Source: a virus (Duplodnaviria; Caudoviricetes). From it: a stretch of 62,169 nt of DNA. A program made the position numbers and the translations under genes. The stretch lies in IMG/VR virus record IMGVR_UViG_3300011116_000128, positions 1-62,169 of that record; one strand, given 5' to 3'. Below, one piece after another: positions 16,040 to 24,700 of this stretch. The notes under the pieces are model-generated. The model saw only the letters and a program-made list of their open reading frames with translations, had not been told where the DNA came from and did no database searches. Position 1 is the stretch's first letter, and every line of letters starts with the position of its first letter.

Positions 16040-16847
16040 AAAAATTCAACTGACAAAAATCCGCCTTGATGGTGGAACACAACCTCGCAAAGAGCTGGAT
16101 GAAACCTTGGTCCAGCACTACACCGAAGAATTACTTGAGGGTCAGGAATTCCCGCCGGTCGATTTGTACTTTGACGGCAAGCATTACTGGCTCTCCGATG
16201 GATTCCACCGCTGGCACGCACACAAGCGCGCAGCACACAAAGATATTTCTGCCATCGTAAATAAAGGCACCAAGCGCGATGCCTTTATCGCCTCTCTCAA
16301 AGCCAATGCCCATCACGGCAAGGCCCGCACACCCGATGAGCGCCGTTATGTTGTCCAGCTGGCCCTTGAAGATATTGAGTTGGGCGATATGTCCGACACT
16401 CAAATTGCAGCCATTTGCCAAGTGAGCGGAATGACTGTTGGCCGTGTACGCAAGGCATTGGGGCTACAGAAGGAGACCACCATTGGTAAAGACGGCAAGC
16501 GCCGCAACACCTCCAAAATTGGCCGCAAGCCAGAACCACCCAAATTCCCTGCACCTCCACCGGCTTATGAAGAAGAAGACAAACTGAAAGAGATGGCAAC
16601 AGAGATCACCGCGGTGTCTGAAGAGAACACCAAGCTGAAGGATATGTTGGCCGTGCGGTCGCTGCCGGTGTCTGAAGAGGCTAGGGCAGAAGTCGCAGAG
16701 ACCATTGAATCGTTGCGCGAACAGGTGCGTGAGCTTGAGTCCAAAGTGAAATCTCTTACACAAAGTAGAGATGAATTCATGTCCAAGAACGCCGAGATGG
16801 TCAAGCAAATAAACTATTGGAAGCGCCGCGCAGAAAAAGCGGCTTAA
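16032..16847 (+). CDS. ParB/Srx-like N-terminal domain protein with HTH and coiled coil
   Basis: TQPRKELD..FPPV..LSDGFHR..NAHHG; SDTQIAAICQVSGMTVGRVRK HTH. Confidence 0.85.
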   Translation: MTEKIQLTKIRLDGGTQPRKELDETLVQHYTEELLEGQEFPPVDLYFDGKHYWLSDGFHRWHAHKRAAHKDISAIVNKGTKRDAFIASLKANAHHGKARTPDERRYVVQLALEDIELGDMSDTQIAAICQVSGMTVGRVRKALGLQKETTIGKDGKRRNTSKIGRKPEPPKFPAPPPAYEEEDKLKEMATEITAVSEENTKLKDMLAVRSLPVSEEARAEVAETIESLREQVRELESKVKSLTQSRDEFMSKNAEMVKQINYWKRRAEKAA

Positions 16848-16883
16848 CACCGAAGCTGGGCGGTTTCCCAGCAGGAGAGAAGC

Positions 16884-18350
16884 ATGATTAACCTAAGACC
16901 ACATCAAGCGGATGTGGTGGAGAAGCTTGAGAAAGGCTTTTCCCAGCACCGCTGTCAACTGCTGTATGCCCCAACGGGGTTTGGCAAAACAGAAGTAGCC
17001 ATGCACATCATGGTTCAAGAGGCGAAGAAGGGCGTCAAGGTGGCAATGGTGCTTGATAGGATTGTGCTGGTCAACCAAACCAGTACACGCCTGTCAAAGT
17101 ACGGGATCGCTCATGGCGTCATGCAGTCAGGGCATTGGAGATACCGGCCGTATGAGCGCATACAGATCTGCAGCGCCCAGACTTTGGAGCGCCGCGATGA
17201 CTTCCCCGATGTTGGCCTCCTGATCATTGATGAGTGCCATGTCCAGCGCCAGCAAGTCATCGAGTTCATCAAGAGCCATCCTGATATGCGGGTTATCGGC
17301 CTGACTGCAACGCCGTTTACCAATGGCCTGGGAGGAACATACACCCATGTAGTCGGAGCCAAGCCAACGGGCGAATTGATTGAGGATAAATGGCTGGTGC
17401 CTCTCAAGATCTTCATAGCCAAAGAGATTGACATGACCGGAGCCAAGAAGGTGGCCGGTGAATGGTCGCAGGAAGAGACCACCAAGCGCGGTATGCAGAT
17501 TACCGGTGACATAGTTGACGAGTGGGTGAACAAGACCAACCAGCTGTTTGGTGGACCCAAAAAGACTGTGGTGTTCGCCTCCGGCGTGGAACATGGCCGT
17601 GACCTTGTGCGCCAGTTCAATGAGCGCGGCTACAACTTTGTCTCCATCTCCTACAAGGAAGATGATGACTTCAAGCGCGAGACCATTGAGGATTTCAGCG
17701 CACCTGATACCAAAATACATGGGTTGATTGCCACCGACATCCTGACTAGGGGTTTTGATGTGCCTGATGTCCTGATAGGCGTGTCGGCGCGTCCGTTTTC
17801 AAAATCCTTTTCCTCCCATGTGCAGCAGATGGGCCGGATCATGCGGCCCTGCGAAGGCAAGACGCACGGCGTGTGGCTGGATCATTCGGGCAACTACCTG
17901 CGGTTTAGGAAAGAGTGGGATACCCTTTTTGATGAGGGCGTCACAGAGCTGAATGACGGCGCAGAGTCAGCCAAGAAAGAGCCTCCTGAGAAAGTGAAAA
18001 AGGAATCCAAGTGCGGCGGCTGCGGTGCGCTTTGGATTTGGACTGACCGAGTGTGCGGTGAGTGCGGCTGGACCCGCCCCATGAAGGAGGTGGTCAATGT
18101 TCCAGGCCACATGGTCGAGTTGGGTGCAACCGAAAAGCCTGCGTTTGCGGCGGAAAACCAGAACTTCTACTCCGAATTGTTGTATTACTCGCGTATGCGT
18201 GGCTACAAAGAAGGATGGGCGGCGTATAAATATAAGGAAAAGTATGGCGTCTTCCCTCGCGGCCTATCCAATGGCCTCAAAAGCCCCAGCTACAACACTC
18301 TTAGCTGGATCAAAAGCAGAAACATAGCATGGGCGAAATCGAGAACATGA
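16884..18350 (+). CDS. SF2 DNA helicase (RadD/UvsW-like) with Zn finger
   Basis: APTGFGKT, DECH, GLTATP, GFDVP, QQMGRIMR; CGGC..CGEC. Confidence 0.93.
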   Translation: MINLRPHQADVVEKLEKGFSQHRCQLLYAPTGFGKTEVAMHIMVQEAKKGVKVAMVLDRIVLVNQTSTRLSKYGIAHGVMQSGHWRYRPYERIQICSAQTLERRDDFPDVGLLIIDECHVQRQQVIEFIKSHPDMRVIGLTATPFTNGLGGTYTHVVGAKPTGELIEDKWLVPLKIFIAKEIDMTGAKKVAGEWSQEETTKRGMQITGDIVDEWVNKTNQLFGGPKKTVVFASGVEHGRDLVRQFNERGYNFVSISYKEDDDFKRETIEDFSAPDTKIHGLIATDILTRGFDVPDVLIGVSARPFSKSFSSHVQQMGRIMRPCEGKTHGVWLDHSGNYLRFRKEWDTLFDEGVTELNDGAESAKKEPPEKVKKESKCGGCGALWIWTDRVCGECGWTRPMKEVVNVPGHMVELGATEKPAFAAENQNFYSELLYYSRMRGYKEGWAAYKYKEKYGVFPRGLSNGLKSPSYNTLSWIKSRNIAWAKSRT

Positions 18351-19156
18351 CCTTTGACCAATTTGCAAGAGAACATGGCCTCCTGATTGACCACATAATC
18401 GAAGGCCGCTGGGTTAGAGTCCCAACCGAAGACCATCCCCGCAAGAAGAATGGCGCCTACATCTTTAACGGGAGAAGTGGCCTCATACAAAACCATGCGG
18501 TCCACCAGCAGCCAATTCGGTATGTGTCCAGCGAACCCTTTGTGCCGGACCCGCAAGCTGCGGCCAAGCGCCAAAAGCAGAGAGACGAACAGATCAAGCG
18601 GCAAATTCAGGCTGCGAAAAAGGCGGCTTTCATCTTTAACAATGTTAGTGTTGAGTCTCACCCGTACCTGATCCGCAAGGGATTTACAGAGCCAGCTAAG
18701 GTATGGAAGGGCCTGTTGGTGGTGCCGATGCGGATAGATTCCAATCTAATTGGCCTCCAGCTAATTCAACCGGACGGGACAAAGCGGTTCCTGACGGGCC
18801 AGCGAACGAAGGGAGCCAGCCTGATCATCGACAACAAGGGGCCGGATGTGCTGGTCGAGGGGCTGGCAACGGGCCTGTCGGTGCGCCGCGCTTTGAAGCT
18901 TGCCCGTGTGCGGTACAAGATCCATATCTGCTTTTCGGCTGGGAATATGCTGGAGATAGCGCGGGGCCTGGACCATCCCATTGTGGTGGCCGACAATGAC
19001 CCGATGGGTATTGCAACAGCCAAAAAAATAGCCTCACGCTACTGGGTAGGCGAGGCCGGTGAGGATTTCAATGACTATGAGCAGAGGGTCGGCAGTCAGG
19101 CCGCTGCCGATTCCCTCGTTCCGTTTATTCAAGCATGGCATGAAAGTCCAGCATGA
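18347..19156 (+). CDS. Toprim-domain DNA primase
   Basis: HPYLIRKG, GLQLI..DGTKRF, VEGLATG, ADND, DFND. Confidence 0.9.
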   Translation: MTFDQFAREHGLLIDHIIEGRWVRVPTEDHPRKKNGAYIFNGRSGLIQNHAVHQQPIRYVSSEPFVPDPQAAAKRQKQRDEQIKRQIQAAKKAAFIFNNVSVESHPYLIRKGFTEPAKVWKGLLVVPMRIDSNLIGLQLIQPDGTKRFLTGQRTKGASLIIDNKGPDVLVEGLATGLSVRRALKLARVRYKIHICFSAGNMLEIARGLDHPIVVADNDPMGIATAKKIASRYWVGEAGEDFNDYEQRVGSQAAADSLVPFIQAWHESPA

Positions 19157-19340
19157 ATTGGACGGCCCTGTCTCCGTACAGGGTTTCAGTCTTACCATTG
19201 CCCACCCCACCATGCCCTGATAGCCAGCTAATAGTGATCCCATCTTCACCCATGTACCTGATGGTCGTGATGTCGGTTATGTAGGCGGTGTTGATGTAGC
19301 GCAGTTGCCCGTACTGATTGGTCGTTTGTATGAATTTCAT
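19125..19340 (-). CDS. Hypothetical protein
   Basis: GGAG RBS; last gene of the early operon. Confidence 0.6.
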   Translation of the reverse strand: MKFIQTTNQYGQLRYINTAYITDITTIRYMGEDGITISWLSGHGGVGNGKTETLYGDRAVQFMLDFHAMLE

Positions 19341-19510
19341 TTTTTCTCTCCAATCATGTAAGGGATCTGTCCGCTTTCGTGCGGCAGGATTAAAAATGGA
19401 AGGTCTAGGTCGGTCATTTCTTCCATGAAATGGCGCGCTGCCGTCCGTGATGTGAAGGCGCGGACAAACCGGCCTGCAAAGTAAACTTTGTAAAGCCAGC
19501 GTTGTCTCAT
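19337..19510 (-). CDS. Hypothetical protein (57 aa, not in track)
   Basis: MRQRWLYKVYFAGRFVRAF...; coupled to neighbours. Confidence 0.6.
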   Translation of the reverse strand: MRQRWLYKVYFAGRFVRAFTSRTAARHFMEEMTDLDLPFLILPHESGQIPYMIGEKK

Positions 19511-19641
19511 GTTTCTTCCTTCACGATGTAGGCGGCATTGCCGGTTTGCGCCATGTAGAACATGGCCTCCTTCTGCGCTTCTTTCTCGGTGGCAAACTCA
19601 CCCAGCAGGGTGTGGTTGTGGTTGTATACGCGGTACATCAT
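19507..19641 (-). CDS. Hypothetical protein (44 aa, not in track)
   Basis: MMYRVYNHNHTLLGEFATEKEA...; GGAGG RBS. Confidence 0.55.
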   Translation of the reverse strand: MMYRVYNHNHTLLGEFATEKEAQKEAMFYMAQTGNAAYIVKEET

Positions 19642-19835
19642 TTGACCTCCCCGAACCACTCGTCCAGCACGCCAGCGTTCTGCAGGGCCACTTCAATGTT
19701 AAAGACAAAGTCATTCAGCATTTTGGGCATTTCTTTGTCCTCGTAGGCTGCTTGCAGGGATTCAACAAGGTGCAGCGCGGTCTTTGAGTCCCCGTTAAAA
19801 GAAAGGGCCTTCTCTGAAGCTTGGATCAAAATCAT
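19638..19835 (-). CDS. Hypothetical protein
   Basis: C-terminal part of the track ORF; start at MILIQ. Confidence 0.55.
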   Translation of the reverse strand: MILIQASEKALSFNGDSKTALHLVESLQAAYEDKEMPKMLNDFVFNIEVALQNAGVLDEWFGEVK

Positions 19836-19836
19836 G

Positions 19837-20385
19837 TTAGCCACCCAGCCCTTCCGGCGCGTGGGAAATGCCAGCGTCCTCAAAAAACTTGTCGATCTCA
19901 TAATGAAAAGAGTCCTCGTCGAATTCACTTCCATTCGGCATATCAACAACGCATTCTTCGCCGTCTTTCCACCATCCCATGTAACCCATACCACCCTCGC
20001 AGTAGGCGGCTTCCACCGAAATACCGGCTTTGTGCATCGCCTCGTAGATCCCATCGGGCGGCGACCATGCGGTGTCGAACCAAACTGTGATTGAGTCGCC
20101 ATCGATCTCGTATTTGTGCACCCTCGCCTCCCATTTGGTCTTCCATTCTGCCATGCAGAAGTCGTACCAATTTTTATATCCAAATGCAGCCTCAAGCTTT
20201 TCCTCATCTTCGGTCACGGGACTACCGGCACGGGCCGGGGCGTCCAGCAGCGCCTGGGGGACAGGCACCACGGCCTGGAACCATTGCGCGTGTTCCCCGC
20301 GATCCAGTTCTTGCTTGATCTTCACCATAAAAGGGTGCGTTATGGGGGCCTTCATGCGGGCTGAGTTTGAACACCAGTTTGGCAT
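19837..20385 (-). CDS. Api92/YubB (DUF1281)-like ferredoxin-fold protein
   Basis: MPNWCSN, WYDF..WKTKW, FDTAWSPP signature. Confidence 0.8.
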   Translation of the reverse strand: MPNWCSNSARMKAPITHPFMVKIKQELDRGEHAQWFQAVVPVPQALLDAPARAGSPVTEDEEKLEAAFGYKNWYDFCMAEWKTKWEARVHKYEIDGDSITVWFDTAWSPPDGIYEAMHKAGISVEAAYCEGGMGYMGWWKDGEECVVDMPNGSEFDEDSFHYEIDKFFEDAGISHAPEGLGG

Positions 20386-20419
20386 AGCTTTCTCCTTTGT
20401 TACAGTTTACAGTTATGGG

Positions 20420-20468
20420 CAAATGCGGCCCCGCAAACCCAGCACGCTGGGCTTGCAGAGATCACTCG
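20420..20468 (-). promoter_or_regulatory. Intergenic RNA hairpin, copy 1 (candidate RNase III site)
   Basis: 49-nt stem with 2x3 internal loop; paralogous to 22727-22775. Confidence 0.65.
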
Positions 20469-20632
20469 TAGGTTTTGTCGGCGTCTTGTACGCCTTGCTC
20501 ATAGCCTCGCAGATACTCTTCTTGGGCCTCCCAGTCAATCTTCAGATCCAGCCTTGGGTCACCGCGTTTGCCGTGCCTGTAGCCAAGTCCAAATATCTCC
20601 GCCCATTCCAGCGGGGTTCGTTTGTCTGTCAT
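20462..20632 (-). CDS. Hypothetical protein (56 aa, not in track)
   Basis: MTDKRTPLEWAEIFGLGYRHG..YLRGYEQG; GGAG RBS. Confidence 0.6.
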   Translation of the reverse strand: MTDKRTPLEWAEIFGLGYRHGKRGDPRLDLKIDWEAQEEYLRGYEQGVQDADKTYE

Positions 20633-20826
20633 TTCTCTGCTCCTTCAATGATCTCGGTAAATTGCTCTAAAACACTCTCGCGGGACCCCTTCAGGCCCCA
20701 TTCCTTCTTGATGATTGCGTAGAAACTGCGCCCGCTGCGGCGCATCCCCTTGATCTCAAGCTTGAGTCCTGATCGCAGCGCGTGCATACGGAACAGCAGG
20801 ATTTTGTTCGGCTCGGTGATTACCAT
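20629..20826 (-). CDS. Hypothetical protein
   Basis: LRSGLKLEIKGMRRSGRS..IKKEWGLKG. Confidence 0.7.
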   Translation of the reverse strand: MVITEPNKILLFRMHALRSGLKLEIKGMRRSGRSFYAIIKKEWGLKGSRESVLEQFTEIIEGAEK

Positions 20827-21008
20827 TCGTCCCCCTCAATCGGTTCGTCAACATCGGATTCGTTGTAGCCGGTCAGGATCTCAGGCCGGTAGGTCGCAAG
20901 CACAGCATCGCAGCACTTGTCACAAACGCGGGCAAGGGGGATCCCCCGTGCGTCATGTTCCCACCACGAAGACTGACCCTCGTGTTTGCAGCGTAGGTCT
21001 TTTTTCAT
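20820..21008 (-). CDS. Small Zn-binding hypothetical protein
   Basis: DARGIPLARVCDKC..YRPEIL. Confidence 0.7.
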   Translation of the reverse strand: MKKDLRCKHEGQSSWWEHDARGIPLARVCDKCCDAVLATYRPEILTGYNESDVDEPIEGDEW

Positions 21009-21328
21009 TTGCTTTCTCCATGTGGTAGGTATGCTTTCAGTTGTTCAGCAGATATGCTTTTGATGAGTTCCTCGACCGCCGTAATGTCCCCATCTTGCAC
21101 ATCTTGCACAATCTGGGCAAGCACTAAGTCAACCAACGGTTTCTCCTTTGTTTTGGCAATCATTTCCAAAATACGGGTTACTTCGGCCTTAGCTTTGCGC
21201 GTTTCATCCTGAACTTTGTACCAGTAGGCCTCTGCTTTGTCCAAGTCGGCTGTGGCTTTTTCAAATTCAGCATAGACCTTGTTCCGTTCGGCTTTAGCCT
21301 GTTCAAGTTGCTCTTGTAGTGTCTTCAT
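21005..21328 (-). CDS. Hypothetical coiled-coil protein
   Basis: AAGGAG RBS; start at MKTLQEQ. Confidence 0.7.
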   Translation of the reverse strand: MKTLQEQLEQAKAERNKVYAEFEKATADLDKAEAYWYKVQDETRKAKAEVTRILEMIAKTKEKPLVDLVLAQIVQDVQDGDITAVEELIKSISAEQLKAYLPHGESK

Positions 21329-21341
21329 TTGCTTTCTCCTT

Positions 21342-21623
21342 TCAATCGTCCATGTCACCATACTCGGCGGCTTGCTCATCAATCGCCGACTCACGCGCAG
21401 ACACATACGTTGGGCTGGGTCTGTCCTCGGGTTTGTCTTCCAAGAATAAAACTTCGTCATCAATTGCGGCCCGTCCAATGTCAGGGCCACCATCCTGCTC
21501 CATGAATCGCGTAACGATCTCGTATTCGGTTTCGTGGCACCCAGCCACCTCCTTTGCGTGGGCGGCATCTTCAGCCTCCACCTCCACTTCAACGACATAA
21601 AACTGGCGGACTAGGAATTTCAT
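21342..21623 (-). CDS. Acidic hypothetical protein
   Basis: VEVEAEDAAHA motif; very acidic. Confidence 0.65.
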   Translation of the reverse strand: MKFLVRQFYVVEVEVEAEDAAHAKEVAGCHETEYEIVTRFMEQDGGPDIGRAAIDDEVLFLEDKPEDRPSPTYVSARESAIDEQAAEYGDMDD

Positions 21624-22300
21624 CGTATCCTCACAATCGGTATTACGCGACTTGCGCGATCATTAACAAGGGTAGTCTTCGCGCCGTGCGCCCGAAACCC
21701 TACGATGGATTTGCGGTCGGCTTTTTGGCACAGTTGGCACACAGCACAGGTCAGGTCTCGGGTCTGTGCGGGACAGATCACGATGGGCCGACCGGCTGGT
21801 GTGTAGGAATGCTCAGGGGTATCCACCGGCACGATGCAAACGACAGGCCCAGCCTGCAGGTCTGCCAGCCGGTCTGCCTCTCCAGCATCATCTGCGGACA
21901 GGTTAATGGTGTAGCCCCATGCGTTCGCATGACGGATCCACCGAATAGCCTGTGCGGATTTCTTGTGGGAGTAGGTGAATCCCCTGCGCCCCATGTTGGC
22001 TCGGACAATCAGCCCCAGTTCGTAGGCATCCACCCACTCACCCTTGCCGACAATGTCGCCCACCACCTCGCCTCGCCACAGTTGACCTTCCGGCAGCGCG
22101 GCTATCTTGGCGGCTAACTGGCGCGTGGTCAGGCCGCTGCGGTCAGCTCGGGTCCAAGCCAGCGAAGTGTGGAAGTCATCCCCGTAGCATCCCTTGCGGT
22201 ACTGGGGGCACGATGGAGGGCAGGATTTGCGTTCCCGATAGGTCACGGGAATCGGCCCGACTTTGCGGTTCCCGCTGCGCTCAACGAAGAGGGTTTTCAT
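21620..22300 (-). CDS. Cys-rich DUF7227/gp88-like protein (radical-SAM-like)
   Basis: SGNRKVG..SCPPSCP..CYG, GFTYSH, CPAQ..CAVCQLC, GFRAHG. Confidence 0.7.
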   Translation of the reverse strand: MKTLFVERSGNRKVGPIPVTYRERKSCPPSCPQYRKGCYGDDFHTSLAWTRADRSGLTTRQLAAKIAALPEGQLWRGEVVGDIVGKGEWVDAYELGLIVRANMGRRGFTYSHKKSAQAIRWIRHANAWGYTINLSADDAGEADRLADLQAGPVVCIVPVDTPEHSYTPAGRPIVICPAQTRDLTCAVCQLCQKADRKSIVGFRAHGAKTTLVNDRASRVIPIVRIR

Positions 22301-22541
22301 AGCTGGGTAGCTTGCGGACAAAACTGTCTCTGTCGGTGCGAACACTCTTGATATTGATGTCTTCACCGGCTGCGGTCTTGGCATTCGCCCACACGGATGC
22401 ATCGCAGTCCTCTTCAAGATAGGCAATGTCACCCGCTCGGTAAGAGTACGGGCTAATGCGATCTGCGATCTTGAGGCGGTGCAACTCAGTCATGGGCACT
22501 TCGATCCACCCGTGGCCCGGGTCTTCGTGGTACTTATACAT
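22281..22541 (-). CDS. Conserved early protein (DPGHGW..LEEDCD)
   Basis: Motif seen in phage and plasmid leading-region proteins. Confidence 0.75.
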   Translation of the reverse strand: MYKYHEDPGHGWIEVPMTELHRLKIADRISPYSYRAGDIAYLEEDCDASVWANAKTAAGEDINIKSVRTDRDSFVRKLPSYENPLR

Positions 22542-22704
22542 GGTCTTCCCCCATGTAGGTGGTTATCAAATAGCCCATGAACAGGCCACCCCAAACAAGG
22601 GCCGCGCTGGCTACAAAACCCTCGGCCCCAGCGCCAAAAATCAGCATGGCGGTCCCAGTAATCGCAATGCCGATGTCGGCAAGCATTTCACTCTTGGAAA
22701 TCAT
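22534..22704 (-). CDS. Small membrane protein
   Basis: AAGGAG RBS; two hydrophobic segments. Confidence 0.65.
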   Translation of the reverse strand: MISKSEMLADIGIAITGTAMLIFGAGAEGFVASAALVWGGLFMGYLITTYMGEDHV

Positions 22705-22726
22705 CTTTGCTCCTTGGTTAAACAGG

Positions 22727-22775
22727 CCAATGGTGGCCCACAAACCCAGCACGCTGGGCTTGTAGACAGCATTAG
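22727..22775 (-). promoter_or_regulatory. Intergenic RNA hairpin, copy 2 (candidate RNase III site)
   Basis: Same 49-nt architecture as 20420-20468, with a compensatory base-pair change. Confidence 0.65.
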
Positions 22776-23311
22776 CGCGGTTCGATGCTGAAGGTGTTAT
22801 TGCCGAAGTAGTCGGCCATTTTTTCGCCGATCACATCGTCCCAATCGACTTCGTCATCCATGTAGGTCTTGACAGCGCCTTCAACGTCAATGTTGTGTTT
22901 CGCCCAATCGTCAATTTTTGAGTCAAGGTTATCGCCCACCCATTCTTCGATGCATTCGTTGACCAGTTCCTGAGTTTTGTTTTCAATGGCAGATTCAACT
23001 TCGGTTTTGGCAATCCTTTCAAAACTGTCTCTGTAGGACATTAGTTCTGCTGCGGTCAGTTCCCGAACGATCTTTGCGATTTGCTCGGTTAGCGTGTCGC
23101 TGCGCTCCGCCCCGCGCTGGGCAGCTAATTCTTCCTTATGCATGGTGATAGCCGTGTTCAGGATAATGTGGGCAATCGTCCGCATGGAGATGCTGGAGCT
23201 GCTGTCGGGTGCGGCGCTGCACACATCGTTGACATAGCGCAGGGCATCGCTCATGTTGTTGTGGCTAGCGAAGAGGTCGTTGCGGTAGTCAGCCAGTTTA
23301 GGTAAGGTCAT
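22772..23311 (-). CDS. First early gene, acidic helical protein
   Basis: AGGAG RBS; acidic C-terminal helical repeats. Confidence 0.7.
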   Translation of the reverse strand: MTLPKLADYRNDLFASHNNMSDALRYVNDVCSAAPDSSSSISMRTIAHIILNTAITMHKEELAAQRGAERSDTLTEQIAKIVRELTAAELMSYRDSFERIAKTEVESAIENKTQELVNECIEEWVGDNLDSKIDDWAKHNIDVEGAVKTYMDDEVDWDDVIGEKMADYFGNNTFSIEPR

Positions 23312-23536
23312 CTTTAACTCCTGTTGATGTTGTTTAAGGGTTGCTACACATGACATCGTTTGATGCCATGTATGGCATTAGATCACAGATTTATGGGGAT
23401 TCGCAGGCCGGTGAAAAAATTTTTTTAGGGGACTGGGTTAGCCTGGGCCAGGACATCCAGCAGGGACGGCAATTGCCAACCACCACGCGCGGTGCTACCA
23501 TTCGGCCCATTCTTCATTCGTACCGGATAGGAAACA

Positions 23537-24328
23537 ATGGCAAAGCAGCAAACACAGAAACTCACTCGGGCGCAGATAAGGGAAGGGCTGGGCACTATCC
23601 CAGTAGAGACGCTCCTATCGTCCGGACAGGGGAAGACACCCAAACTCACAACCAAACAAAAAGAATTCGCGCGGGCTGTCGCAATGGGTAAGACCAAGGC
23701 CCAAGCTTACAGGGATGCATACAAAACCAATCCATCTCCCAGCACCATCGTATGCGCGCCGTATGTTCTGGCAAAGGACGCAAGGATACAACAAGAGGTG
23801 GAAGCTTACAAACTGGCAATTGAGGCGGAGAAACACCGAACACCTTCTCAATTGAAGGCGCTGCTCGTGCAGCAGCTGGTCCAACATAGCCTAGACGATG
23901 AGTTCCCACCAGCTAGTCGTGTCCAATGTCTCAAGCTACTGGGTAGCCTATTCGAGGTGGGCGCATTCGTGGAGCGCAAGGAGATCACCACCGTCAACCG
24001 CAGCGAAGACATTCGCACGCGCTTGCTCTCGCGGCTGCAATCCATCACAGTCGATGCCGAAGTTAAGCCTGACGATGCACTAGACCTGCTGGCTGAGATA
24101 CGCGGCGCTCAGTCTACTAGCGCAGCTGGCGGACAAACCCAGCTGGAAACCCAGCCACCGGTCAACGATGGCGCTGCCGCAGCACCCACCGAGGGGGCAC
24201 CCGGCCATTCGGCCGCGGCCGCGGGGGCCGCCGGTTCACATACTATTCCACTCAAACAATCACAACCAAAACAGGGGGAGGGGTTAACTTCAACTGATGT
24301 TGAAGTTGTCACCGATTTTGACAGATAG
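23537..24328 (+). CDS. terS: Terminase small subunit
   Basis: LTTKQKEFARAVAMGKTKAQAYRDAY HTH; upstream of terL. Confidence 0.75.
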   Translation: MAKQQTQKLTRAQIREGLGTIPVETLLSSGQGKTPKLTTKQKEFARAVAMGKTKAQAYRDAYKTNPSPSTIVCAPYVLAKDARIQQEVEAYKLAIEAEKHRTPSQLKALLVQQLVQHSLDDEFPPASRVQCLKLLGSLFEVGAFVERKEITTVNRSEDIRTRLLSRLQSITVDAEVKPDDALDLLAEIRGAQSTSAAGGQTQLETQPPVNDGAAAAPTEGAPGHSAAAAGAAGSHTIPLKQSQPKQGEGLTSTDVEVVTDFDR

Positions 24329-24400
24329 GTCCCCCCTTCTTTTTGCATACAAAAATGGGTGGGGTATATATTTTTGATAAAGTTGAAGGAACATAAACAC

Positions 24401-24640
24401 ATGTTAAAGATGGATGGATTGGATGATGCGATAGTTGGCATGACGGATTTATGGGTTCCTAGTGGGACTGGGGCAACGTATGTTGAGAAGCTGGTCTACG
24501 ACGGGGAGAAGATCATTGCCTCTCTTATGGCTCAAGGGATGAGTGAGGAGGACGCCTATGAGTTTTGTTCTTTTAATATTGAGGGTGCTTACATGGGGCC
24601 GGAGACGCCCATTATTTTTTGGCCCTACAACGAACATTAA
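24401..24640 (+). CDS. Hypothetical protein
   Basis: DGLDDAIVG..VYD..NIEGAYMGPETP motif. Confidence 0.7.
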   Translation: MLKMDGLDDAIVGMTDLWVPSGTGATYVEKLVYDGEKIIASLMAQGMSEEDAYEFCSFNIEGAYMGPETPIIFWPYNEH

Positions 24641-24700
24641 CTGGAGTTAGAGTTGCTTTATCCTAAGAGCGTATACACGGTAAAGAAGAAGGATTACCTT

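Noticed and set aside
20072-20722. 216-aa plus-strand ORF in the early region
   Set aside because: Antisense to well-supported coupled minus-strand genes.
20420-22775. Integron attC sites or intrinsic terminators
   Set aside because: No RYYYAAC/GTTRRRY boxes, no integrase and no U tract. The strand-specific G-U pairs point to RNA stems.
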